A DNA stretch of 64,000 bases. Source: Octopus sinensis (Eukaryota). A model generated the notes under the pieces. It made no database searches and was not told the DNA's origin. It saw only the letters and a list, made by a program, of their open reading frames with translations. The position numbers and the translations under genes were made by a program. Numbering within the stretch: the first letter of the stretch is position 1; each line of letters starts with the position of its first letter. Below are positions 12,878 through 24,757 of this stretch, piece by piece. The stretch is taken from contig NC_043005.1 in assembly GCF_006345805.1 (NCBI RefSeq), positions 7,998,001 to 8,062,000 on the forward strand. The letters are read 5' to 3'.

Positions 12878-13027
12878 AATAATAATATAATAATAGTAGT
12901 AGTAGTAGTAGTAAAAATAATCATATTGATAATAATAATAATGATAATAATAACAATGATGACGATGATAACAACAACAACAACAATAATAATAATAATA
13001 ATAATAATAATGGTAATAGTAGTAGTA

Positions 13028-13067
<40 letters not shown>

Positions 13068-13182
13068 TGATGATGATGATGATGATGATGATGCTGCTGC
13101 TGACAATAATAACAACAATGATGATGATGGCAATAATAATAATAATGATAATAATAATTATAATGATGATAATAATAATAAA
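12680..13182. repeat. Compound trinucleotide microsatellite (AAT/GAT/AGT/AAC)
   Basis: Directly visible. Confidence 0.97.
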
Positions 13183-13717
13183 AAATATGGTAGATGCAAT
13201 ATTATGAATACAGAAAAATGCATGAACGACATTCTATAACAGGGTCGAGTATACCATAATATAATTTATACAGTAGCAATAGTTATTATGTTTCTAGCTT
13301 TTGTACTTGTAGTAGCACTGTCAATGGAATATGATGCTAATGCATACTCGGGGAAAAAGTAGTTTTCCTCCCTCAAAACGGAAGCCATCAGATAAAGAAA
13401 GATTACGTTATTATGAGTTAGAAACCAGCTATTTTTAACATCATTAGCATTGTTACATCACGGAAACGTTTTAGATTCATGGCGAGTCAAACGTGTGTTT
13501 TGTGGAAACGCATACACATGCTCACGCTCGCAAATATACATACATATACACACTGATATACGCAGATATACGCAGACAAACACATGTACACACACATACA
13601 CGCACACACACACATAGGCACACACATAGATAGATTGGAAGATAGGTAGATCGCTATAGTACAAATATGTGTATATATAAATATGTATTTGTATATATCT
13701 AGTAATAGCTATGTGTG

Positions 13718-13826
<109 letters not shown>

Positions 13827-14137
13827 ATACATATATATTTATATATATATATCTTTATCTCTATATAAATGTGTGTGTGTGTATGTATGTAACATTTGTA
13901 TGCATGTATGCAAGTATATCACACTGGATAGAAATATTGAAGGTTTTTAAACATCTAATTTAGAGCAATGTATCTGTTCAGAATGGATCTCTTAAATCTG
14001 ATCAATAACGAATGAAATTAACCCATGATAATTCCAATGAGGATGTAGGATGCTGAATCGATGAATTCTTCGAAAACGTTTCAGTTGTAGACGCTGAACG
14101 TTTACTCCACCTCCTGGAAAATGCTGTCGCTAACATA

Positions 14138-14532
14138 TCTTTATATATAAAAGAGAGGTTGTGTGCTGTCTGTCTCCTACGATTTAGATTTCTAACTAAT
14201 CCCACATTTTGCGGTGCAGTTTAACCAAAACCGGGTATCTTATAGTCGTGATTCATATCGAGCCCTTCTGGGTATTAGCGCGCGTCTACGATGAGTCTGC
14301 GATAAAAAAAAATTACCATAAATTTTTCCCATTTTTAATGCATTTTTGGCATATATAAGGGAAGTAACTCTCTAAAAATTTATTATTAAATCTCAGAACG
14401 TAAAAAGTCACAGTAACACCCCCCACCTTTGTGGTTAGCCATATTGAGATGGCTATTATACTTTACATCGCTAAAAATGCTTATATAGTTATTTCCCTTA
14501 CAAACCGGAGTAACGCCAGGCGATACTGCTAG
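14138..14532 (+). mobile_element. Non-autonomous Helitron
   Basis: A|TCTTTATATATAAAAG 5' end; subterminal GC hairpin ccggagtaacgccagg; ends CTAG|T. Confidence 0.8.
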
Positions 14533-14609
14533 TTTGTGAATAAAAAGAAGTCGGAGTTTATCACCCTGAATACAACAGGTTAAAATCAGGACCAACGAAT
14601 AGAAGCTCT

Positions 14610-15620
14610 TGAAAAATGTCAACGAGGTTACTTATACTTACTTAGGCAGCAATATCGTGTCTACTGAAAAATATATTAAATCTCACGTTGCTAAGGCTTG
14701 GGCAGCTAATAGACGGTCTTAGAATAATATGGAAGTCAACCCTACGAGATACATTGAAGAGACATTTCTTCAGAAGAGTTGTTGAAGCTGTGCTTCTATA
14801 TGGATCTACGACTCTCAGTTGTATGCTGGGCGGTGCCTACACTAGAATGTTACGTGCAGTGCTCAAAGTCTCTTGGAGGGAGCACCCAACAAAGCAAACT
14901 ACAAATGTCCTTAAGAAATTATTCATGAATATCAAAGGCATTTAAAATAATAAATAGCTGTTCATTTATCTAAGAAATCAAATATTATGTTTATTTTTTT
15001 ATAGATACAGTCCAGAATTACTGCAATAGTTTATGTGAAGTGAATTAATGTTATTAAGAAAATATATTTGTAAAAAACATTTCAAATTTGGAATTATAAT
15101 CATACCAAAACAAGCTATGGGTATAATTCGAGGGAAATTTGGCAAACCAACATACACACACTTTTAACTCGGTAGTTCCTTAGTTACTGGTCTGCAACTC
15201 TTAATTCTTGAAGCAGACAAACAGAAAGATCTTGAAAATAGCTGCAACTTGAAGTATCCAACATACATGGTTAAAATTTTCCAAATATGATACAAAACTT
15301 AAAATTATACGACATGAAGAGGAAATTGAGAAATTTACGGGAATCGGAACTTGCGACTATTATGATACATTCCTATATGGAATGTATCAACTTTCTCATC
15401 AACCATTCAAGAGCGGAGATTGAGGTTTGCTGGCCCTTGCTGGAGAACTCAAGAAGAACTTGTGAGTAATGTGTTGCTGTAGACACCAAATCATGGTACC
15501 ACAGCGGCCAAAAGACCACGGAAAACGTATATACAACAGCTTGCAGAAGATGTTGGATGCCAAATTGAAGACCTAAAAACACTAATGGAAGGTCGGGAGT
15601 GATGGAGAGAGGTAGTCAGG
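14610..15620 (+). pseudogene. RTE-clade LINE 3' end (RT C-terminal region), interrupted by a 450 bp insertion
   Basis: Left part reads YLGSNI..., RIIWKSTL...VEAVLLYGSTT...AYTRMLRAVLKVSWREHPTK. It resumes after 15374 with ...ERRLRFAGPCW...RPRKTYIQQLAED...GRE*WREVV. Confidence 0.85.
14912..15361 (+). repeat. 450 bp dispersed duplication, copy 1 (inside the RTE LINE)
   Basis: Near-identical to 16924-17373, with a handful of substitutions. Confidence 0.95.
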
Positions 15621-16923
15621 CTGGCCCGGGCAATCAGCCTGATTGGATGATACCTCGATAGAAAAAGAAATACTTATATGACTAACAAATTTAGCGCAAA
15701 TACCAAATATATTGAATTGTCTGCAACCTCTCTCCGTGTTGCGTGGGTCTACATCAATAATTTCAGATGGTTGTTGTGAATCACAGACGATTGTCCTCGA
15801 CCTTGTCATATACAAAATTCCTGACTTCGCCAGAAAGCTTTCAGACAAGAATTGAGCTGTATGTTTATTGTCAGTTTCTCGTTACGTAAGTCTATTGATG
15901 TCGGTGGAAGAGTGGACTCTTCCACATGGAAACTTGAGTCTTATTAATTTCGATAAAGAGCAGTGTTACGCACTTATAAATGCCCATATGAGAGTGTAGT
16001 GATATATATTACAACGGAAGGGGAAAACTTTTGAATTACATATAATAAATAATTTTAGCAAAATAAGACACAGTTTTATGCACAAGATACAACGACGGAA
16101 TTTGTAATCAGAGGTGCAGTGACTTCTGAATTGGTTAAGGCAAATGATACACGAGTAAAAAATATCAGAAAAAGCAATTTTAGGAAAATTGTCTTTGAAA
16201 AATGACTTCCAGCTGAAGAAGAGTGAAGTTGTTTGATGAAAGAATTAAAACAGCTGAGTTGGTAAATGAAATATCGACAACTAAAAGAACATCTAATAAA
16301 ATAACATTTGAAACTAGTCATTGACAAGAGGATTAAACTCGTTCAAATATATATAAACCATCCTGAACGGAGAAAGAGCGCAGTTCTCAACTGAAGATCG
16401 TTGCGTCATGTAATTCAGTTTGAAAACAATAGAATTCACTCTAAATAAACGATACGTTTTACTGCATTGATTACTATCTTTTAGCTGTTGACAAACTATA
16501 ATATCAATCTGCTTATATATATCTATTTTTATACACACACACATCTTTATATATATAGCAGAATAAAGTTTATACAGGCAAGTAAAACACACACTCGCAA
16601 GCTCACATATTTTATTTATAATATATTTTATGAGCATATAAAATGTATATTTTGTAAAAATTAAAATAAACATGTGTAAAAATATATCTGTAGAGAGGAG
16701 ATAAGGAGAGAGTGAGTAAGCGAGAGAGAGGGAGAGAGAGAGAGAGAGAGAGTGAAAGAGAGAGTTTAAGACAGTGACAGAAATAAATGAACAAACGAAC
16801 TAATTCGATCAAAGAATTAACCTCGTAGGTAGAAGTGTATGAAGTACAAGCTTTGCTTGCAAAGAATTGTGAATATGACAGCTGACTTGGAAAAGAAAAG
16901 TTGTTACATTTTTTTCAAGCAAC

Positions 16924-17373
16924 TAAGAAATTATTCATGAATATCAAAGACGTTTAAAATAATAAATAGCTGTTCATTTATCTAAGAAATCAAATATTAT
17001 GTTTATTTTTTTATAGATACAGTCCAGAATTACTGCAATAGTTTATGTGAAGTGAATTAATGTTATTAAGAAAATATATTTGTAAAAAACATTTCAAATT
17101 TGGAATTATAACCATATCAAAACAAGCTATGGGTATAATTCGAGGGAAATTTGGCAAACCAACATACACACACTTTTAACTCGGTAGTTCCTTAGTTACT
17201 GGTCTGCAACTCTTAATTCTTGTAGCAGACAAACAGAAAGATCTTGAAAATAGCTGCAACTTGAAGTATCCAACATACATGGTTAAAATTTTCCAAATAT
17301 GATACAAAACTTAAAATTATACGACATGAAGAGGAAATTGAGAAATTTACGGGAATCGAAACTTGCGACTATT
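16924..17373 (+). repeat. 450 bp dispersed duplication, copy 2 (probable donor)
   Basis: Near-identical to 14912-15361. Confidence 0.95.
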
Positions 17374-17407
17374 TTATACCGCTTGATTATACTACCGAGT
17401 ACACAAA

Positions 17408-17439
<32 letters not shown>

Positions 17440-17450
17440 CATATACGTAT

Positions 17451-17552
<102 letters not shown>

Positions 17553-18918
17553 CATATATATATCTGTATCTATGTCTATATCTATATCTATATCTATATC
17601 TATAACTATCTATCTATCTATCTATCTATCTATATTATTTTGAGACATGCATTACACACACACACACACACTCATGCATGTGTGTGTATGTGTTGTACTG
17701 AAAGTGTGTATAGTCTGAATATATGTTTATTTATGTGTAAACTAAATATGATTACATTTTCGCTCGATGTGTTTGCTCGTTCAATCGATAATTTGGTTGA
17801 TTGTACAGATTTTTCCCATTCCAGTAATGTGTACAGTCGACAGCAAAGGATCGATCCAACGAAGGCATAGCTAAAAAAACGTAAACCAATTCCTTTAACA
17901 CACACACACACACACACACAATCGCAAAATACGCATAAACCGTTTTCAATTGAAAACACATTGCAGTATACAGCGAGCCCAGAGGTGCAACACTCAATAC
18001 ATTTCGTCATTGTATATATTATTTTGTATCTGATTAAAAAATTGAATTTAATTGAAATTATGATTCTACGAAGTTGCTTTCCCTTTCGCATGTTACGTGG
18101 CTTGAAAGTTTTATTAGGAATTGATTACATTGACACCGCATTCCTCTCGTATACTTCTCTACGCATTTCATTAAACAGCAAAACAGCCATCCATTTAACC
18201 CATCAACTAGCCAATCGAATGTTCTTCTTTCTAGGACCTCTCTCTTTCTCCCTTTATATAAATAGAAACAACGAGAGAGGTAGATAAAGAGAGAGAGAGA
18301 AATTAGTCATGTGGTTGTAAATGCACCTTTGTTTTTCAGTGATCAATAAAAAGTAAAAATAAAAAAATCTCAAAACTGGTACGGTATTTTAACGAATTTA
18401 TAAAAAAAATTTTAAAAACTACAATTCCTTTTAAGGCCAAGCGCATTTTCAACGACAAAACCAGTTTTCATCTGGTCTTGATAACACGAAAGTAAACGTT
18501 TGATATATATATATAGCAAATTAGCATTTGTTCGAGTTTTATTGATGTAGACGTTTTGCAATAGTCTCTCTGCAAGTGATACATAACCGAATGACTAAGT
18601 TCAAGTATTAAGAAACACGTTTGTTAAAGCATCAGCCATTTCATAAGAATAGGATAAATATATATAAGTATATACATATATATTTGCATGTAAGCACACA
18701 CATATACACACGTGCATAAATATATAACTAACTAAGCATACATAATGTTTGTGGTAAACTGTACTCATAGGAATGCCTGAATTTGTTTTGGAACCAATAC
18801 TGACTATTGTTAACTGCACAAATCATTTAGTTATAAGTAAATAAACCGGTTTAACAACTTACAAATGTAATAATCGCTACACAGTTCTACTACAGATATA
18901 TTTAATCATTCTGAGGTA

Positions 18919-20428
18919 CGAGAGTGGGTTGAAAACTTCATAGGCTAAATATAGAGTGGCGCTAGAGCTGTGAAACCTTGCATACATAAATTTCAATCCT
19001 TCCTTTTAATAACTACATTGTTTCTTTCCAGGTAAATTGACATTTGGTTGTTCAAAGAAGTCCTTAAAAGTAATGAGTGGCGACTTCTCTTGATAATGGA
19101 CAAAATGTGACACCCTGATGTCATCAAGTACTTTCAGAAATAAAGGGTGTAGCACCCAAGGACACTCATGCTGACATGGTTGCTATATTAGGGGATGAGT
19201 TTCTAGTTTTATCAATAGCGCAAAAATGAAATGGACATCAACATTTAGGAGGGGAATGGAGAGTATTGAAGACGACCTAAGGTCTGGACGTCCTGCAATT
19301 GCCACCACCTACGAAGACATTGATCGTATTCAAGGCATGGTGATGGAAAACAGGTGATTGACTCAAATCAAATAGCCAATGTTATTAATACATAACCTGT
19401 GAGAGTTGAGGATATTCTGGACAATGAACTTGGCGTGACGAAGGGTTTTGTTCGGTGGGTGCCATATCTTCTACCAGCTTATCAAAAGTCCAGCATAGGA
19501 AAATCTGACGCTGTTTGAGGCAGGTTCGGCTGGTTTCCTTGAACGTTATCTTATTTAGGATGAGTGTTGGGTTCATCACTTTGAGCCAGAGAGAGAGAGA
19601 CAATCCTACAGGGCAAACATCTCTCCTCACATGCTCCAATGAAAGCCAATATTTTTTCATCTGCAGGGAAGGTGATGAACTTAGTTTTTTGAGATGTCAA
19701 AGGTATTGTCTTTATTGACTATCTTAGTCAATAAAGCGTCAGACTATGGATGCAAAGTACTATTTGTTTTTGTTTTTGTTTTTCCAGTTTCAGCTCTTGA
19801 GCTGTGGCCATGCTGGGGCACCGCCATTGTGGTGAAAGAGTACAGCAGGGATCACCACCCCCTGCCGGAGCCTCGTAGAGCTTTTAGGTGTTTTCGCTCC
19901 ATAAACACACACAACGCCCGGTCTGAGAATCGAAACCGCGATCCTGCGACCGCGAGTCCGCTGCCCTAACCACTAGGCCATTGCGCCTCTACTATGCTGA
20001 GGCAGTTACGAAAGGCAATGAAGACCAGCGCTCAGGAAAACTAACGTAAGGGATCTTGTTTCACCAGGACAGTGCTCCAACATACAAGTCCTTAGTTTCA
20101 TTGGCTGCTGGGCGTGACTCTGGCTTTGAACTGGTTGATCATCTTTCCTATTTTCCCCATTTGGTCCCATCAGATTTTCATCTGTTCCCCAATAAGAAAA
20201 AAACATTTGGCTGGGAGCCAATATAGCAGTGATGACGTTATATATGCTGTTGATAACTTTGTTGACCAACTGAATGAAAGTCTCTTCACCAATGAGATGC
20301 AAGCATTGCAACACCGAAGGAAAAAAGTGTGTGGACTGCAAGGGAACTATGTTAAAAAGTAAACCTCATTTGGTCATATTCCATAACCGTATCTTGGTCA
20401 GCTTATGAACATTTCAACCGGGCTTCTG
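18919..20428 (+). mobile_element. Decayed mariner (DD34D-type) transposon
   Basis: TA then cgagagtgggttgaaaacttcatagg TIR, with the matching cttatgaacatttcaacc at 20402. Translation shows EDDLRSGRPA, DECWVHHFEP, HQDSAPTY and PSDFHLFP motifs with stops and frameshifts. Confidence 0.88.
19764..19989 (-). mobile_element. Chimeric SINE (family B head/body plus family A-type tail) inserted in the mariner
   Basis: TACTAT at 19758-19763 and 19990-19995; family B sequence to ...TTTCACCACAA, then GGCGGTGCCCCAGCATGGCC tail. Confidence 0.75.
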
Positions 20429-20574
20429 AGATATTTTACAGGGCTTAGAAGAACGGAAGGACTGCTGCAATAAGTTGTGTGAATCTGTGAGGGGACTATG
20501 TTGAATAAAATCATAATCAACTAATCCTCTTGTATTTTGTTTACCCAAAGCGAAAATTTATTTTAACACACTTG

Positions 20575-20628
<54 letters not shown>

Positions 20629-20850
20629 AATGTAGGATAAAATTTTTTTCGAAAAAAATTTTATCAATGGCCATCATATTAAAAAATACCTTTAAAGGGT
20701 AAATTTATAAACAATTCATAAATAAGGGCAAACGAAAAAATTTCTAATGCCAAATATGCCGATAAATTGGACATATTGTCCATTAACCATATAGTTTTTT
20801 CACAATACGCACGCTACTCGAAAAAAGTCGACAGAAATTTCTTTAAAATT

Positions 20851-20922
20851 CCATTATTACCATATCGGACTGATTTCAGGGTTAGCTTATAACAGCCCTC
20901 CCTTCGTTAGTGATACATGTGG
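20851..20922 (-). ncRNA. Mutated hammerhead copy (probably inactive)
   Basis: Same fold as 21694-21765, but the core reads CUAACGA and stem III reads UCAG/CCGA. Confidence 0.7.
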
Positions 20923-21693
20923 CAAAAGAAATAAATGAGATACTTACTCATACCCATGGAAGAAGCAAATACTAAGTCATGAGCACAATTAAGCACCCCA
21001 AATACATCCAAAATAGAAATACTCCAGCCCATTCGAGATACGTGCGATTTGAACTGAGGCCCTCACAGAGTGAGAGAGTCCGGAAGTGAACGCTTAAATT
21101 TATATCTAATGTAGGATAAAATTTTTTTCTTTTCGAAAAAAATTTTATCAATGGCCAGCATATTAAAAAATACCTTTAAAGGTTAAATTTATAAACAATT
21201 CATAAATATGGGCAAACGAAAAAATTTCTAATGCCAAATATGCCGAAAAATCGGTCCGATATGGTAATAATGGAATCTTTTAGAAATTTCTGTCAACTAT
21301 TTTCGAGTAGCGTGCGTATTGTGAAAAAATTATATGGTTAATGGACAATATGTCCAATTTTTCGGCATATTTGGCAGAAATGTTTTCGTTTGCCCTTATT
21401 TATGAATTGTTTATAAATTTAACCTTTAAAGGTATTTTTTAATATGCTGACCATTGATAAAATATTTTTCGAAAAGAATTTTTTTCGAAAAAAATTTTAT
21501 CCTACATTAGATATAAATTTAAGGGTTCACTTCCGGACTCTCTCACTCTGTGAGGGCCTCAGTTCAAATCGCACGTATCTCGAATGGGCTGGAGTATTTC
21601 TATTTTGGATGTATTTGGGGTACTTAATTGTGCTCATGACTTAGTGTTTGCTTCTTCCATGGGTATGAGTAAGTATCGCATTTATTTCTTTTG

Positions 21694-21765
21694 CCACATG
21701 TATCACTGACGAAGGGAGGGCTGTTATAAGCTAACCCTGAAATCGGTCCGATATGGTAATAATGG
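21694..21765 (+). ncRNA. Type I hammerhead ribozyme, canonical core
   Basis: CCACAUG UAUCA CUGACGA AGGG AGG GCU GUUAUA AGC UAA CCCU GAAA UCGG U CCGA UA|UGGUA AUAAUGG. CUGANGA and GAAA are intact, all three stems pair, and an AUA site is predicted after 21753. Confidence 0.88.
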
Positions 21766-22407
21766 AATTTTAAAGAAATTTCTGCCGACTTTTTTCGAGT
21801 AGCGTGCGTATTGTGAAAAAATTATATGGTTAATGGACAATGTGTCCAATTTATCGGCATATTTGGCATTAGAAATTTTTTCGTTTGCCCTTATTTATGA
21901 ATTGTGTATATATATATATATATATATATATTCCTGTGTCCTTATGTTTACAAGGTAGAGACAGGCAGCCTCGTCCAGCTCAGTCTGGAGTAGCATGGCT
22001 TGCTAGCTGGTTGACTTTGCATTTCATCTTTCCGGGATCGACAATATAAGTACCAGTTGAACACTATATATTGACTTCCCATTCCCCAAAACTGCTGGCC
22101 TTGTGCCAAATATTTAAACCAATATATGTTATTTATTATATCTACCTATCTGAAACATATATCTAAATACACACATGTATAGAAATATTAAATTTTTAGA
22201 TATCTTAGAGAGATATAAGCAGTTGTGGAATGATAGAGCAGTTGTATACTGTCAACTTAACGTGACAGTCCCATAAAGGGAATCACACCACCGCTATTTA
22301 GCCCTAGGAAGCACCAACTGCTTGTCTCCCCCTTGTAAACATAAGGACACAGGAAATGCTTATATCTCTCTGAGATATTTAGAAATTTAATAATTTAATA
22401 ATTTATT

Positions 22408-22802
22408 GACGTAGGAGTTGCTGTGTGGTTAGTAGCTTGCTTACGAATCACATGGTTCCGGGTTCAGTCACACTGCGTGGCACCTTGGGCAAGTGTCTTC
22501 TACTATAGCCTCGGGCCGACCAAAGCCTTGTTAGTGGATTTGGTAGACGGAAACTGAAAGAAGTCCGTCGTATATATGTATGTGTATGTGTTTGTGTGTC
22601 TGTGTTTGTCCCCCAACATCGCTTGACAACCGATGCTGGTGTGTTTACGTCCCCGTCACTTAGCGGTTCGGCAAAAGAGACCGATAGAATAAGTACTAGG
22701 CTTACAAAGAATAAGTCCTGGGGTCGATTTGCTCGACTAAAAAGGCGGTGCTCCAGCATGGCCGCAGTCAAATGATTGAAACAAGTAAAAGAGTAAAGAG
22801 AG
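22408..22802 (+). mobile_element. SINE family A, full length
   Basis: Matches 8924-9342. Confidence 0.9.
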
Positions 22803-22943
22803 TATATATATATATATTATATATAATATATATATATATAATATATATATATATGTATACACACAAATAACGAGCGCACACATACACACATATATAGAGA
22901 GAAAGTGAAAGAGAGAGAGACACACACATGTCCATATATATAT

Positions 22944-22978
<35 letters not shown>

Positions 22979-23519
22979 TACACAAATGAAATGGGACACA
23001 AACAATAAGAGCACATAAACATAGACGAAGCGAACGAAAAAATAACCAATAGCTTCCCCAGATATTTTCGTTGCATCGATGCCTAGAAACACATTTAGCT
23101 TACTGACGTTAACGATCATGCGAGGCAGTCCTTGGACATTGATAATGGGGTGATGATAAATAAAAGACAAGAAGAATATATAGTTAATTCTTACTAACTG
23201 GCACATAAAACATAAACACGCGAAAGAAAATATTGTGAAGAATTAGGGTCTGTCAGAAAGTGAAAGGCATTAGTTTTTGATAGTAAAAATAAAAGAAAAG
23301 AAGACGAGACTACAATGCAGCAGGTACGGTGCCAAAAACGGATAGCGAGGAAAATGGTGGTTAGACTTAGTTTCTGAAGGAACAACGGAGAGATGCAAGT
23401 TTGGGCCGTTCTCCAGGTAAACTAAATCGAGAAAAATCTTAAGGCTACAAATCTGCCTAACATAGCAACATCTAAGAAAACATGTGTGTATTTAGATATA
23501 TGTTTCAGATAGGTAGATA

Positions 23520-23740
23520 TAATAAATAACATATATTGGTTTAAATATTTGGCACAAGGCCAGCAGTTTTGGGGAATGGGAAGTCAATATATAGTGTTCA
23601 ACTGGTACTTATATTGTCGATCCCGGAAAGATGAAATGCAAAGTCAACCTTGACGGAATTTGAAATCAAAACGTAAAGATAGGACGAAATGATGCTACAC
23701 ATATTGCCCGCCGTGCTAACGATTCTGCAAATTCGTCCGA
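23520..23740 (-). mobile_element. SINE family C, diverged; part duplicated in inverted orientation at 22009-22178
   Basis: Reverse complement of the family C consensus. Confidence 0.8.
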
Positions 23741-23768
23741 CTCTTCGCGTATATAAATAAATAAATAA

Positions 23769-23839
<71 letters not shown>

Positions 23840-24055
23840 CATATATATATTAAATTAGAGATAAAACTGTAAGTTTGGATTTATTCCCTAATATTTTATT
23901 ATATATATATAATATATATACATACATATTATATATATATATTATATATTATATATATATATATATATATACACATATATATATATGTATATATGTATTT
24001 GTATATATATATATTATGTAATGTATATATATATATATGTATGTATGTACGGTGA

Positions 24056-24300
24056 AGGCGCATGGCTCAGTGAGGACCGGACTGCATGTGAGTTCTTGAG
24101 CAAGAACTTTACTTCATGTTGCTCTAGTTCACTTCAACAGTAGAAATGAGTTGCGACATCACTAGTGCAAAGTAGTATCAGTCTTTAAATTTCTCTTGGA
24201 TAACATTGGTAGAGTGGAAAGGGTAGCTGGTCTTCCATTAAAGCTTTACTCTGACTTGTCCTCGGAGGGCAACGTTTTAAGTGCAATCTCATGGTCATTC
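24056..24300 (+). mobile_element. tRNA-derived SINE family D (AGGCGCATGGCTCAGTG head), diverged
   Basis: Homologous to 57655-57974. Confidence 0.75.
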
Positions 24301-24389
<89 letters not shown>

Positions 24390-24663
24390 GTGTGCGTGTG
24401 TGTGTGTGTATAATATATATATATGTTAGTATCATTAAAATGTGTAAGAATGACAGTAAGAATGGGTAAAAGGAATTTATTTTCATATTCTTTCAATAGA
24501 ATAACTTTTTTGAATTGTAATTTTAAATAGTCTTCATGGAAGATACGTGAAGGAAAATTATGATAATTTTTACTAAAACTTATTACTATTCTAACAAAAA
24601 AACAGATACATTGAATCAAATATAATTAAATTCATGTACACACACACATGTTTGTGTATATAT

Positions 24664-24757
<94 letters not shown>

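Larger units (their letters stand above)
20622..21905. mobile_element. Penelope pseudo-LTR / retrozyme-like array (~480-490 bp unit), tandem then inverted
   Basis: ctaatgtagg at 20627 and 21106 (479 bp apart); tcggtccgatatgg at 21251 and 21743 (492 bp apart, opposite orientation). (TA)n on both sides. Confidence 0.85.

Noticed and set aside
7709-13207. Long ORFs of poly-L/T/Y/I/N and MYVC repeats (also at 33-37 kb, 53 kb and 58 kb)
   Set aside because: Translations of micro- and minisatellites.
23370-23440. Hammerhead-like CUGGAGA...GAAAC UAA GUC on the minus strand
   Set aside because: The core is mutated, stem II does not close next to GAAA, and stem I is off register.
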